Below are positions 1 through 9,093 of a stretch of DNA of 64,000 bases, one piece after another. This stretch comes from an uncultured Chloroflexia bacterium. Its GTDB lineage: Bacteria; Chloroflexota; Limnocylindria; Limnocylindrales; CSP1-4. The position numbers were made by a program, and so were the translations under genes. The stretch is taken from the NCBI GenBank assembly GCA_963833225.1, contig CAWHXD010000017.1, forward strand, positions 32,001 through 96,000. Reading direction: 5' to 3'. How positions within the stretch are numbered: the first letter of the stretch is position 1; the number at the start of each line of letters is the position of its first letter. The notes beneath the pieces were generated by a model. The model was not told where the DNA came from. It searched no databases and saw only the letters and a program-made list of their open reading frames with translations.

Positions 1-857
1 CTCGAGCAGGAATGGCAGCAGGAAGGTGGCCGTGAACAGCCCGGCGAACGCCACCACCACGCTCGCCAGACCCGCGGAGAATGGCCGGATCCGGAACAGC
101 GCGAGGTCGATGATCGGCTGGAGCGACGCCCGCTCCACCGCGACGAAGGCGACGCCCAGCACCACGAACACGAGCAGCAGGCCGACGGTCGAGAGGCTGG
201 TCCAGCCCCATGTCTGCCCCTCGCTCAGCGCGAGCAGCAGCGCAAACAGTCCCACACCCGAGAGCGCGGCTCCCCGGACGTCGAACGACTGGCCCCGGCC
301 GGCGGTCTCGGACGGCAGGACGCGGGCGGCCCAGACGATGGCCAGCAACCCGATCGGCGCGTTGATGAGGAAGATCGCTCGCCAGGTGCCGACCTGGGTG
401 AGGAGCCCACCCAGCGCCGGGCCCAGGCTCAGCCCCAGCGAGACGCTCACCCCGTTGAGGCCCAGGGCTCGGCCGCGCTCGCCGGCGGGGAACGTCCGGG
501 CGACGATCGCCGGGCCCATGGCCATCAGCATGGCCGCTCCCGTGCCCTGCAGGATCCGGAACGCGATCAGCCACCCTTCGTTGGGCGCGGCACCGCACAG
601 CACGCTGGCCACCGTGAACACGCTGAAGCCGGCCAGGTATACGCGCTTGAACGTCAGCACCTCGCCCAGCCGGCCGACCGGCAGCAGCAGCGAGCCCACG
701 ACCAGCAGGTAGGCGACGACGACCCACTCGATGGTGGTCAGGACGACACCGAAGTCGCTCTGGATGGCGGGCAGCGCGATGTTGACGATGCTGCCGTCGA
801 GCGTCGACATCAGCGTGCCGAAGAGACGCTCGAGAGGATGAGCCACTTCCGGTCCAT
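1..857 (-). CDS. DHA2 (EmrB/QacA-type) MFS efflux transporter, 3' end beyond the window; apparent 1-nt deletion near 823
   Basis: Manual translation gives MDRKWLILSSVS, then after a frame shift FGTLMSTLDGSIVNIALPAI...WVVVAYLL...GRLGE...FRILQGTGAA...ERGRALG...GPALGGLL...WRAIFLINAPIG, which are DHA2 motifs. Confidence 0.85.
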
Positions 858-958
858 CGGGTGCCCTGCGCTGGTGGGGCCCGCGGTCCCGGGCGGTCCG
901 GGGCCGATACCGTGCACGCTACCCGATGCCGGGACGCGGATGCCGCGGAATGTCGCCG

Positions 959-1882
959 CTACGGCGCCGGCGCGACCTCGCCCAGGGCGTCGCGAAGCTC
1001 CACGTACCGCTCGAGGCACAGGTCCGCGGGGTCTGCCGCCCGCAGCTGGACGCACACGTGGTCCGCACCCGCGTCGAGATGCTCCCTGACGCGTCGCGCG
1101 ATCGCCGCCGCGTCCCCCTGGGGGACCACCGCGTCCAGCAGGCGGTTGCTGCCACCGTCCGCGAGGTCCTCGTCGGGCCAGCCCAGGCGGCGCAGGTTGT
1201 TCGCGTAGTTCTCGAGTCCGAGATAGCGGACGGCGAAGCTGCGGGCCGTCTCGCGGGCGAGGGCGGCGTCCGTCTCGAGAACGGCGGTCACCTCGACCGC
1301 GAGGACGCCTTCTGGACCCAGCCGCTCCCGCGCCATCCGGGTGTGCTCCACCGGGACGAAGTACGGGTGCGCGCCGTCCGTTCGCTCACCTGCCAGCTCC
1401 AGCATCCGGGGGCCCAGCGCTGCCAGCAGGACCGGCGGCCGATCCCGGGAGCCCGGTCCTGTGTACGCGGCCGCGTCCATCGCGTCGAGGTAGGCGGTCA
1501 TCGTCTTGACCGGCGGACCGTACAGCCCGCCGCGCGACGCCACCGACGGGGCGTGGCTCACGCCGATCCCGAGCACGAACCGACCCGGGTACGCCTCGGC
1601 CAGCGTCCGGGCGCCATTGACCATCGCGGCGGCATCCCGCGCGTAGATGCTGGCGATCCCCGTGGCAACGACCATCTCTGAGCCGCCGGCAAGGAGGATG
1701 GCGGCGTGGGACATCGCCTCCTTGCTCCCGATGCTCTCCGGGAACCAGGCGGCCGAGTAGCCGGCTGCCCGGTAGGTGGCGAGCGCGGATTGCGCCTGTC
1801 TCGCGGGCTTCGCCTGCAGGGCGAAGCTCCAGACGCCCACGCGCCCCAGGCTTGAACGGAGCAGACCTCGTCGATCGGTCAT
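959..1882 (-). CDS. LLM-class (luciferase-like) F420-dependent oxidoreductase, MSMEG_4141-like
   Basis: Motifs VATGIASIYARD, YPGRFVLGIGVSH, LAALGPRMLELA, GAHPY and HLDAGADHVCVQ. Confidence 0.85.
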   Translation of the reverse strand: MTDRRGLLRSSLGRVGVWSFALQAKPARQAQSALATYRAAGYSAAWFPESIGSKEAMSHAAILLAGGSEMVVATGIASIYARDAAAMVNGARTLAEAYPGRFVLGIGVSHAPSVASRGGLYGPPVKTMTAYLDAMDAAAYTGPGSRDRPPVLLAALGPRMLELAGERTDGAHPYFVPVEHTRMARERLGPEGVLAVEVTAVLETDAALARETARSFAVRYLGLENYANNLRRLGWPDEDLADGGSNRLLDAVVPQGDAAAIARRVREHLDAGADHVCVQLRAADPADLCLERYVELRDALGEVAPAP

Positions 1883-1929
1883 GGGCCGAGTGTAGCGAAC
1901 CGGGACCCGAGGTCAATTCCACCACGCCC

Positions 1930-2937
1930 ATGCATGCCGTGACCGATCCCACGATCGACACCCCCGAGACCCGCACCGGGGCGCTTCGCCGCCGCAACGA
2001 CCGGCTGCTCCTGGGCGGCATCCTGGTCTACAGCGCCCTGGTGGCCGCGTTGATGATCGCCGCCGGCGTGTCGATCACGCCGGACTTCCTCGCGATCGCC
2101 TTCGGCCTGGCCGCGGTGCTGCTGGGCCGCGGCCGCGTGTTCCTCCGAGACTGGCTGCCGTTCATCGTCCTGCTCCTTGCGTATGAGCTGATGCGCGGCA
2201 TCGCCGACGACGTCGGGTTCCCGCTGCACGCCGCTGACCTCGCAACCGCGGAGCGGATCATGGCGATGGGCGTCCTCCCCACGCAGGTCCTCCAGGACGC
2301 CCTCCATCCGGCGACCGGCGCGGACCCGATCGCGATGCTCGCGACCGTCGTCTACATGCTCCATTTCGTGCTGCCGCTGGCGACCGGCTTCGTGCTCTGG
2401 GCCTGGCGTCGCCCCGCGTACTACGACTTCGTCGCGGGGCTCGTGCTGCTCAGCGTGGCTGGCTTCATCAGCTACCTGCTGCTGCCCGCGGCGCCGCCGT
2501 GGTACGTGGCCAACGAGGGCCTGCTCAACGGCCCGGATGGCCGCCCGGTGATCGCCTATCTCAAGCCGGACGCGTTCGAGGCACTGGCCGCGGCGATCGG
2601 GTTCGAGGGCCGCCACCTCTACTCGCTCGCCTTCGACCACGTGAACCCCAACCTGGTCGCCGCCTTCCCGTCGCTGCACGTGGGATACCCGGTCCTGACC
2701 TTCCTGTTCCTCCGGCGCGCGTTCGGCCGTCCCGGGTGGCTCGCCCTGGGCTATGCGGGCCTGGTCGCGTTCTCGGTCGTGTACACGGGCGACCACTGGC
2801 TGCTCGACGTCATCGCGGGCGCCGCCTACGCCTACGTGGCGTACTACGCGGTGGTGCATCTGCCGTCACGCCTGTACGGCCGGCGCTCCCGGCTCCGCTC
2901 CCGGGTCCCGCTGGCCCCGCCGGACCCAGCGGGCTGA
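1930..2937 (+). CDS. PAP2-superfamily membrane protein, AUR1/inositol-phosphorylceramide-synthase-like
   Basis: Several TM segments with PAAPPW, AAFPSLH and HWLLDVIAG motifs; ATG 1930 chosen as start. Confidence 0.8.
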   Translation: MHAVTDPTIDTPETRTGALRRRNDRLLLGGILVYSALVAALMIAAGVSITPDFLAIAFGLAAVLLGRGRVFLRDWLPFIVLLLAYELMRGIADDVGFPLHAADLATAERIMAMGVLPTQVLQDALHPATGADPIAMLATVVYMLHFVLPLATGFVLWAWRRPAYYDFVAGLVLLSVAGFISYLLLPAAPPWYVANEGLLNGPDGRPVIAYLKPDAFEALAAAIGFEGRHLYSLAFDHVNPNLVAAFPSLHVGYPVLTFLFLRRAFGRPGWLALGYAGLVAFSVVYTGDHWLLDVIAGAAYAYVAYYAVVHLPSRLYGRRSRLRSRVPLAPPDPAG

Positions 2938-3012
2938 ACCCACCGCCGCGAGGAGCAGCGCGGTCGTCCGGGTCAGCCGGCGGCGTCGGGCACGCCTACC
3001 CCGGGTGGGTCA

Positions 3013-3681
3013 TCAGTTGGACTGGCACCTGATCGTCGTCTGGGTCGCCGGCAGCGGCTCGTCGAAGTAGCACGTGAGCGGCGTTCCCGAGGCCAATCCG
3101 TCCACCGTGCCGTCATCAAGCCGGCAGCCATTGATCGAGCCGTCAGCCGCTTCCCAGCACTGGTGCTCGGCCCCGTAGGCGGGCTGCGAGATCGTGGTGC
3201 CACTGCCGCCTGTGGCACCGCCACCGGCGAGCGACGGTGAGGAATGGGGCGACACGGCGCCGGCGACCAGGAGCAGCGCGACGAGCACCGGCCAGGCCTT
3301 GAGGTACATGTCCCACGCCCCGCGCTTGGGGTTGACGACCAGGCGGTCGAATGCGGCAGCCGGCTGGAGCGGCGGCTGGCCGGATTCCGCGGCGGCCGCG
3401 GCGAGCATCCCGGGAGCGTTCGGCCTGGGGCGATCGAGGTGGAGGACACCCGTCTTCATTGCCTCCCGGACCCCCTGCCAGGACAGCGGGCTCCACGATC
3501 CGCAGGTCGTGCAGATCAGGCCGTGGCTGAAGCCCAGGAACAGCACCGGGATCCAGAACACGTGGCCCCAGTTGGTCTTCCGGCCCACCACGTGCTCGCA
3601 CACCTGTCCGCAGTTGGCGCACTCGTCAAGCTTGACGCCCAGGGTGGTGAAGCGGCGCAGCCACCCGAAGATGAAGAACAT
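3013..3681 (-). CDS. Zinc-ribbon domain membrane protein with a Cys-rich C-terminal domain
   Basis: MFFIFG...CANC...HVFWIPV...CTTC zinc-ribbon pattern, a TM helix (WPVLVALLLVAGAV) and four C-terminal Cys. Confidence 0.7.
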   Translation of the reverse strand: MFFIFGWLRRFTTLGVKLDECANCGQVCEHVVGRKTNWGHVFWIPVLFLGFSHGLICTTCGSWSPLSWQGVREAMKTGVLHLDRPRPNAPGMLAAAAAESGQPPLQPAAAFDRLVVNPKRGAWDMYLKAWPVLVALLLVAGAVSPHSSPSLAGGGATGGSGTTISQPAYGAEHQCWEAADGSINGCRLDDGTVDGLASGTPLTCYFDEPLPATQTTIRCQSN

Positions 3682-3830
3682 CGTTGCGTGTCCCCAACCG
3701 TGCCCTGACGGCGCAAGCAGGATCCGTGCGCCGACAAGGGACGCCGGGCACCCTGGGGGTGTAGCAGAGCGGGAACTCGGCGAAACATGGCCCGAAAGTC
3801 CTTCGCCCACGACGCAAGGGGCTCGGCCTC

Positions 3831-3903
3831 CGGTGCCACGGGGGCCTCCGAACGCTCGACCCCCGTGAAACGCCAGCCCGGTGCGCTACCAGGCGGCGGC
3901 GCG
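3831..3903 (-). pseudogene. Degenerate tRNA-Pro copy, with a remnant of the tRNA 3' flank
   Basis: Exact blocks shared with the tRNA locus: CGAACGCTCGACC (3849-3861 = 5559-5571), GGTGCGCTACCAGGC (3880-3894 = 5588-5602) and CACGGGGGCCT (3837-3847 = 5456-5466). Anticodon and acceptor stems are destroyed. Confidence 0.7.
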
Positions 3904-3910
3904 GCGGCCG

Positions 3911-5422
3911 TCAGGACGGTGGCACGGCACAGCGGTACCCACGAACGGTCTGGGTCAGCGTCTCGGCGAGGGCTTCGGGGTTCCCGCCGGGCACGGTCGC
4001 GCCGGGAGCCACGATGATGTGCACGTTCGGGGACCGATTCTGCCGGCAGGTGATTGCGGTCGCCCAGCCCCCGTCCTCACGCACGTACGGGCTGCCAGCC
4101 TGGCCCTCCGGCAGGTAGCGGGGGCCGACGACGATCGCCACCGGCTGGGGTGTCGCGTCCGGGGACACCAGGACCCGGTCCGGGTACATCGCGGCACCGA
4201 CCATCGTCACGGCCGCTGGCGCGGCTGTGACCACCGGCAGGCCGGCGAGCTCCGGGCGATGCAGGAGGACGCGCAGCCGGAGCAGCGACGGGCTATGGGC
4301 GCCTTCGGACCGGACGCGCACCTGCGGGGGCAACACGAGGGCGACCACGACGATCAGCGCCACGACGCCCGCCACGCGCGAGCGCCCGGCCAAAGCCGAC
4401 AGTCCCAGGGCCGCCACGAGGCACGCCCCGGGCAGCGCGAACACGAAGTACCGTGACGAGAGCGTCGGCATGTCCAGGAGGCCCCGGGCCAGCACGAAGC
4501 AGGCCAGCGGCACGAGGACCCAGGCGACCCCGAGCACCACCACCGGGCGTCGCTCGGGGATGCGCCATGCCAGGATCGTCCCACCCGCCGCGAGCAGTGC
4601 CACCGCCACGCTCATCCAGTGCCCGAAGCTCCTCGTGGCGATCTTGATCAGCGTCCTCGTCGACACCGGCGGATTGGTGGGCGATCCGGTGGGGTGCGCC
4701 AGATTGAGATAGACATGCGGCAGGAGCACGACCGACGCCACGGCCGGCGGGACGATGGTGCGCAGGAGGTGCGAGCGGCGCGACCCCGGGACCCAGAGGG
4801 CCGTGAGCACCAGGGCGGGGACCACCGACAGCGCGTAGAGATGCGACAGGCCCATCCCCACGACCGCTGCCCCGTAGGCCACCGACCACAGCCGCCGCTC
4901 GCTGTGCAGCGATCGCCACCAGCAGAGCACCGCGAGGACCACGAAGGCGGTCGCCAGGGCGTACATCCGGTTGTCCTGGGCCCACCGCGAGGCACCCGGG
5001 AGCGCGATCAACAGCAGCCCGGCACCGACCGCCGTCCAGCGGCCCACCGTCCCCCGGGCAAACGCCACGAGGCCGCCCACCGCCACCGCCATGGCGATCA
5101 GCGACGGGATGCGCGTCCACCACGAATCGGACGAGACCGCCACCCACGGCTTCATCACGAGGTAGAACGGCCCGGGGGCGGGATCAGTCGTGGTGATGAC
5201 GTGGAGCAGCTCCTGCCACGACAGGCTGGTCCTGCCCACCGCCACCAGGTACTCGTCGTAGCGGTAGAGCGGGTTCCAGTACCACAGCCCGAACACGAGC
5301 AGGGCAAGCCCGCCGAGGGTGAGCGGCAACCACCGATCCGCGAGCTCGGTGAGTCGCTCGCGTCCGGACCGCCGGTTGTCCACGAACAGCCCCTCCCCGC
5401 TGGGCGCCTCGACCGGGCGCAC
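3911..5422 (-). CDS. GT-C fold membrane glycosyltransferase (PMT_2/GT39-like mannosyltransferase)
   Basis: About 11 TM segments with RYDE, YLVMKPW, RIPSL, AQDNRMYA and SHLY motifs. Confidence 0.75.
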   Translation of the reverse strand: MRPVEAPSGEGLFVDNRRSGRERLTELADRWLPLTLGGLALLVFGLWYWNPLYRYDEYLVAVGRTSLSWQELLHVITTTDPAPGPFYLVMKPWVAVSSDSWWTRIPSLIAMAVAVGGLVAFARGTVGRWTAVGAGLLLIALPGASRWAQDNRMYALATAFVVLAVLCWWRSLHSERRLWSVAYGAAVVGMGLSHLYALSVVPALVLTALWVPGSRRSHLLRTIVPPAVASVVLLPHVYLNLAHPTGSPTNPPVSTRTLIKIATRSFGHWMSVAVALLAAGGTILAWRIPERRPVVVLGVAWVLVPLACFVLARGLLDMPTLSSRYFVFALPGACLVAALGLSALAGRSRVAGVVALIVVVALVLPPQVRVRSEGAHSPSLLRLRVLLHRPELAGLPVVTAAPAAVTMVGAAMYPDRVLVSPDATPQPVAIVVGPRYLPEGQAGSPYVREDGGWATAITCRQNRSPNVHIIVAPGATVPGGNPEALAETLTQTVRGYRCAVPPS

Positions 5423-5539
5423 GTCGCAAACCTGACGCCAGTTCGGTGCTCACGACACGGGGGCCTGGCCCACGTGCGTGCGGTCCCGACGGCCCCCGCG
5501 TCCCCGGCAGTGCCGGCGGGTCGTCACGGGTCCCGGTGA

Positions 5540-5616
5540 TGGTCGGGGCGGAGCAATTCGAACGCTCGACCTCCTGAACCCCATTCAGGTGCGCTACCAG
5601 GCTGCGCCACGCCCCG
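5540..5616 (-). tRNA. tRNA-Pro (anticodon GGG), CCA encoded
   Basis: Reverse complement CGGGGCG-TGGCGCAGCCTGGTAGCGC-ACCTGA-ATGGGGT-TCAGG-AGGTC-GAGCGTTCGAATTGCTC-CGCCCCG-ACCA folds as a cloverleaf. Confidence 0.95.
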
Positions 5617-5625
5617 AGGGCGACG

Positions 5626-5634
5626 AGTCTACCA
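5626..5634 (-). promoter_or_regulatory. Extended -10 element (TGgTAGACT) of tRNA-Pro
   Basis: TGnTAnnnT lies 9 nt upstream of the tRNA 5' end. Confidence 0.55.
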
Positions 5635-5717
5635 CCCGCGCCGTCGCCTCTGACCGCCTCCACGCCGGGGGCGGAGCCACCAACGCCGGCGCGCCTGGCC
5701 GACCCGCGTCCCCTGCC

Positions 5718-7271
5718 CTACCGCCGGCCCTTGGGGCGACCCTTGCGCGGAAGCTTGGTACGGATCTGCTCCCGAAAGACCAGCCGGATCGGCGTCCCGT
5801 CAAACCCGTACGCCTCACGGAAGCGGTTCTCGAGGTACCGCCGGTACGAGAAGTGGATCGAGGTCGGGTCAGTCGCGAACAGCACGAATGTCGGCGGTGC
5901 CACGCCGGCCTGGGTCGCGTAGCGGATCTTCGAGCGGCGCCCGTGGACCACCGCGGGCGGGTTCCGCTCCACGGCCTCGCGGAGCAGGCGGTTCAGCTCC
6001 CCTGTCGAGATCCGCTTGCGGCGCTCGCCCCAGACATCGACGGCCAGCTCGAGCACCTTCTGGACGCGCTGGCCGGTCTTGGCGCTGATCGAGACGATGG
6101 GCGCGTAGTCGATGAACGCGAGCTCCCGCCGCAGCGTGGCCACGAACTCGTCGAACGACTTGTGGGTCTTGTCCTCGACGACGTCCCACTTGTTGACCGC
6201 GATGACCAGGCCTCGCCCCTCCTCGATCACGTACCCGGCAACGTGCGCGTCCTGGGCGGTCAGCCCGTCGGCGGCGTCCAGCACCAGGACGGCGACGTCG
6301 GAGCGGGTGATGGCCTTGAGGGCCCGCATCGTGGAGTACTTCTCGGCGGCCGGACCGGACGCCACCCGCCCCCGCCGGCGGATCCCGGCGGTGTCGATGA
6401 GCACGATCTCCGAGCGGCCCCACGGGATCGCGGTGTCGATCGCGTCGCGCGTGGTGCCCGGCGTGCTGGACACGATGGTCCGCTCCACGCCCAGGAGTGC
6501 GTTGAGGAGCGAGGACTTGCCGACGTTGGGCCGGCCGACGAACGCGATCGCCGGCGGCTGGTCCGCCTCGGCCGCCATCTGGGCGTCCCAGCGGGCCGCG
6601 AGCTCGGTCTCGGGGGCCAGGTCGTCGTCCTCGTCGGGATTGTCGTCGGCGCTCTCGCCAACGACGAACGGCTCGAGTCGCCCCGCGGACATGTCCTTGG
6701 TCCACGCGTCGGCCTCGGCCTCGCGCGCCTTGCGGGCGACCTCCGAATCGCTCTCCGCCGGCAGGGCCCACACGACGGCGTCGAGCAGGTCGGCCACACC
6801 GCGCCCGTGGCTGGCCGAGATCGCGAACGTGTCCTCCCAGCCAAGGCGATAGAACTCGGCGGCATCAAGCTCGCGCCTGTCGTTGTCGGCCTTGTTGACC
6901 GCCACGAGCACCGGCTTGGTCGCCCGGCGCAGCAGCTCGGCGGCCTCGGCGTCGGCGGGGGTCAGCCCGGTCACGGCGTCCACCAGGAGCACGATGACAT
7001 CGGCCTCGCTGATCGCCAGGCGCGCCTGCAGCTGGACCTGCTGCTCGATGGGGTCACCGGGGGCGACCTCCAGGCCGCCGGTGTCCACGACCACGAACCG
7101 GCGGCCGTTCCACTCGGAGTCCCCGTACATGCGGTCCCGGGTGGTCCGCGCCCGGTCCTCGACGATCGCCGCCCTCGCGTCACCGACCACCCGGTTGAAC
7201 AGCGTGCTCTTGCCGACGTTGGGCCGCCCGACGAAGGCGACGATGGGCAGGCCGGCCGAACGGGAGGCCAC
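5718..7271 (-). CDS. der: Ribosome biogenesis GTPase Der (EngA)
   Basis: Two GRPNVGKS/DTxG/NKxD GTPase domains and a KH-like C-terminus; GTG start just after the ispH stop. Confidence 0.97.
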   Translation of the reverse strand: MASRSAGLPIVAFVGRPNVGKSTLFNRVVGDARAAIVEDRARTTRDRMYGDSEWNGRRFVVVDTGGLEVAPGDPIEQQVQLQARLAISEADVIVLLVDAVTGLTPADAEAAELLRRATKPVLVAVNKADNDRRELDAAEFYRLGWEDTFAISASHGRGVADLLDAVVWALPAESDSEVARKAREAEADAWTKDMSAGRLEPFVVGESADDNPDEDDDLAPETELAARWDAQMAAEADQPPAIAFVGRPNVGKSSLLNALLGVERTIVSSTPGTTRDAIDTAIPWGRSEIVLIDTAGIRRRGRVASGPAAEKYSTMRALKAITRSDVAVLVLDAADGLTAQDAHVAGYVIEEGRGLVIAVNKWDVVEDKTHKSFDEFVATLRRELAFIDYAPIVSISAKTGQRVQKVLELAVDVWGERRKRISTGELNRLLREAVERNPPAVVHGRRSKIRYATQAGVAPPTFVLFATDPTSIHFSYRRYLENRFREAYGFDGTPIRLVFREQIRTKLPRKGRPKGRR

Positions 7272-7273
7272 CC

Positions 7274-8238
7274 TCAGGACGCCGAGCCGGCGGCGACCGC
7301 GACCCTGGGCAGCGAGGTGGTCCGCCCCGCCGGTGTCGCGGCGGCGGCAAGGGCGGCCGTGGCCAGCTCGGCGGCATTGGCCGCGAGCTCCGGCGCGCCG
7401 GCCATCACGTAGATGCGCTCCGCGACCTCGCGGAGGTCCTCGATCGGCGTTGACGTCCCACCCGTGACCCCCACGATCCGCACATCGTCGAACAGCCGTG
7501 ATCCGCCAGGTCGCGGGCATTCTCGATCTGGACCGAGGGTGTCCCCGCCATCTGGCACAGCCGGGTGAGCTCCTTGGTGTTGGCGGAATGGCGGCCGCCC
7601 ACGATGACCATGAGGTCCGCCTGGCGTGCCGTCTCGATGGTGTCCTCCTGCCGCCGGATCGTGACCGGGCAGACGGTGTTGACGATCTTGAGCTCGTGGG
7701 CGCGGCCGACCATGAACGCGGCCAGCTTCTCGAACTTCCAGGGCGGCTGGGTGGACTGGGTGATCAGCGCCATCCGCTTGCGGCGCGGGATCTGCTCCCA
7801 ATCCTCCTCCTCGTCCACGAGGATCGCGTCGGGGGCGAACCCCAGGAGGCCGACCACCTCGGGGTGGCCGGGCGTCCCCAGGAGCACGATGGTGTAGCCC
7901 TCGTCGACGAGCTGCTCGAGCTGGCGCTGCTCCTGGACCACCCAGCTGCAGGTGCCATCGATGATCTCCAGCTCGCGATCCCTGGCGGTGGCGAAGACCT
8001 CGGGCGTGACGCCGTGGGCACGGATCACGACGACCGACCCATGATCCACCTGGTCGACGGCGCCCACGGTCGCGATCCCGAGCGACTCGAGATCGCGGAC
8101 CACGCCCTCGTTGTGGACGACCTGGCCCAGGGTATGGGTGGACTTGCCGGCGGCGGCCGACTCCTTCGCCTTGTCGATCGCCTCGCGCACGCCGTAGCAG
8201 AAGCCCGTGCGGTTGGCGATCCGTACTTCAGAAACCAT
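7274..8238 (-). CDS. ispH: 4-hydroxy-3-methylbut-2-enyl diphosphate reductase; apparent 1-nt deletion near 7500
   Basis: GFCYGV, VHN, IRAHGV, DGTC, NTVC and GGRHSANT motifs; the C-terminal VGVTGGTSTP is in the adjacent frame. Confidence 0.93.
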
Positions 8239-8313
8239 GCCCATAGGCTGCCGATGTTCGCACACGTGGGTGGATCGCGCCCCTGGGCGGGGATCCATCA
8301 ACGCGCCGGCGGG

Positions 8314-9093
8314 TCAGGACTCGGGCGGCGGCTCCATCCCGATCGGCTCCGCGTAGACGCCCCGGTGTCGCGGCTCCAGCAGAGCCGCGATCCGGGTCAT
8401 GATCGCCTGCGTGGCCAGGCCCTTGGCGGCCTTCCGGTCGATGCCCGGCGGCAGGACGTCCGCCACCCGGAACGGCTCGCCGATGCGGACCGTGATCGTC
8501 CGTCGCGGCCATGGCGAGGGCAGCTTCCGGCCCTTCTTCCACACGGCGTCCGAGTTGTTGACGCCGATCGGGACGATCGCGGCGCCGGTCCGCAGCGCCA
8601 GCATCGCGAGGCCGTCCTTGGCCTCCTGCAGCTCGCCCGTCGGGCTGCGGGTGCCCTCGGGAAACGCCAGCAGCACGTACCCCTGCTCGAGGATCCGGGT
8701 GGCGAGGCGGAACGCCTCGACGTCGGCGGCATCACGATTGACCGGGTGGACACCGCCGTGCGCCGCGATCCAGCCGAACAACGGCCAGTCGAACAGCTCG
8801 CGTTTGCCGAGCCAGTGGATGCGCCGGCGGCGGAGCGCGGGCGTGACCCAGGCACCGGCGACGACCGGGTCGGCGTTGGAGATGTGGTTGGCCGCCAGGA
8901 TGACCGGCCCGCTCGCCGGGATGTGCTCGAGCCCCTCCACCCGGATCCGGGCGCACGCGCGCGACCCGATCCGCGACACGAGCGCCACCATCCGGACCAG
9001 CAGGCTCTGGTCGTTGTCAAGCCGATAGGCGGCCTCCAGGACGCGGTTCCGCCGCTCGGGTGCCTCCGGTGTCGCGGGGCTGGCCGGGCTCAT
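8314..9093 (-). CDS. plsC: 1-acyl-sn-glycerol-3-phosphate acyltransferase (PlsC family)
   Basis: NHISNAD and FPEGTRS motifs. Confidence 0.9.
   Translation of the reverse strand: MSPASPATPEAPERRNRVLEAAYRLDNDQSLLVRMVALVSRIGSRACARIRVEGLEHIPASGPVILAANHISNADPVVAGAWVTPALRRRRIHWLGKRELFDWPLFGWIAAHGGVHPVNRDAADVEAFRLATRILEQGYVLLAFPEGTRSPTGELQEAKDGLAMLALRTGAAIVPIGVNNSDAVWKKGRKLPSPWPRRTITVRIGEPFRVADVLPPGIDRKAAKGLATQAIMTRIAALLEPRHRGVYAEPIGMEPPPES

Noticed and set aside
2934-3012. Possible third tRNA-Pro remnant (CTGAACCC, GGAGCA, CTACC)
   Set aside because: The matches are 8 nt or shorter and out of order, which is expected by chance.
3779-3835. c-di-GMP-I riboswitch-like words (GGCGAAAC...GAAA...GACGCAA) on the plus strand
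   Set aside because: The strand is wrong for the flanking genes, the stem around GAAA pairs poorly, and there is no recognisable second hairpin.
7274-8238. Programmed frameshifting or true pseudogenisation of ispH, rluB, xerC and dprA
   Set aside because: There are no slippery heptamers and no further decay, and many unrelated genes are affected, so sequencing error is more parsimonious.
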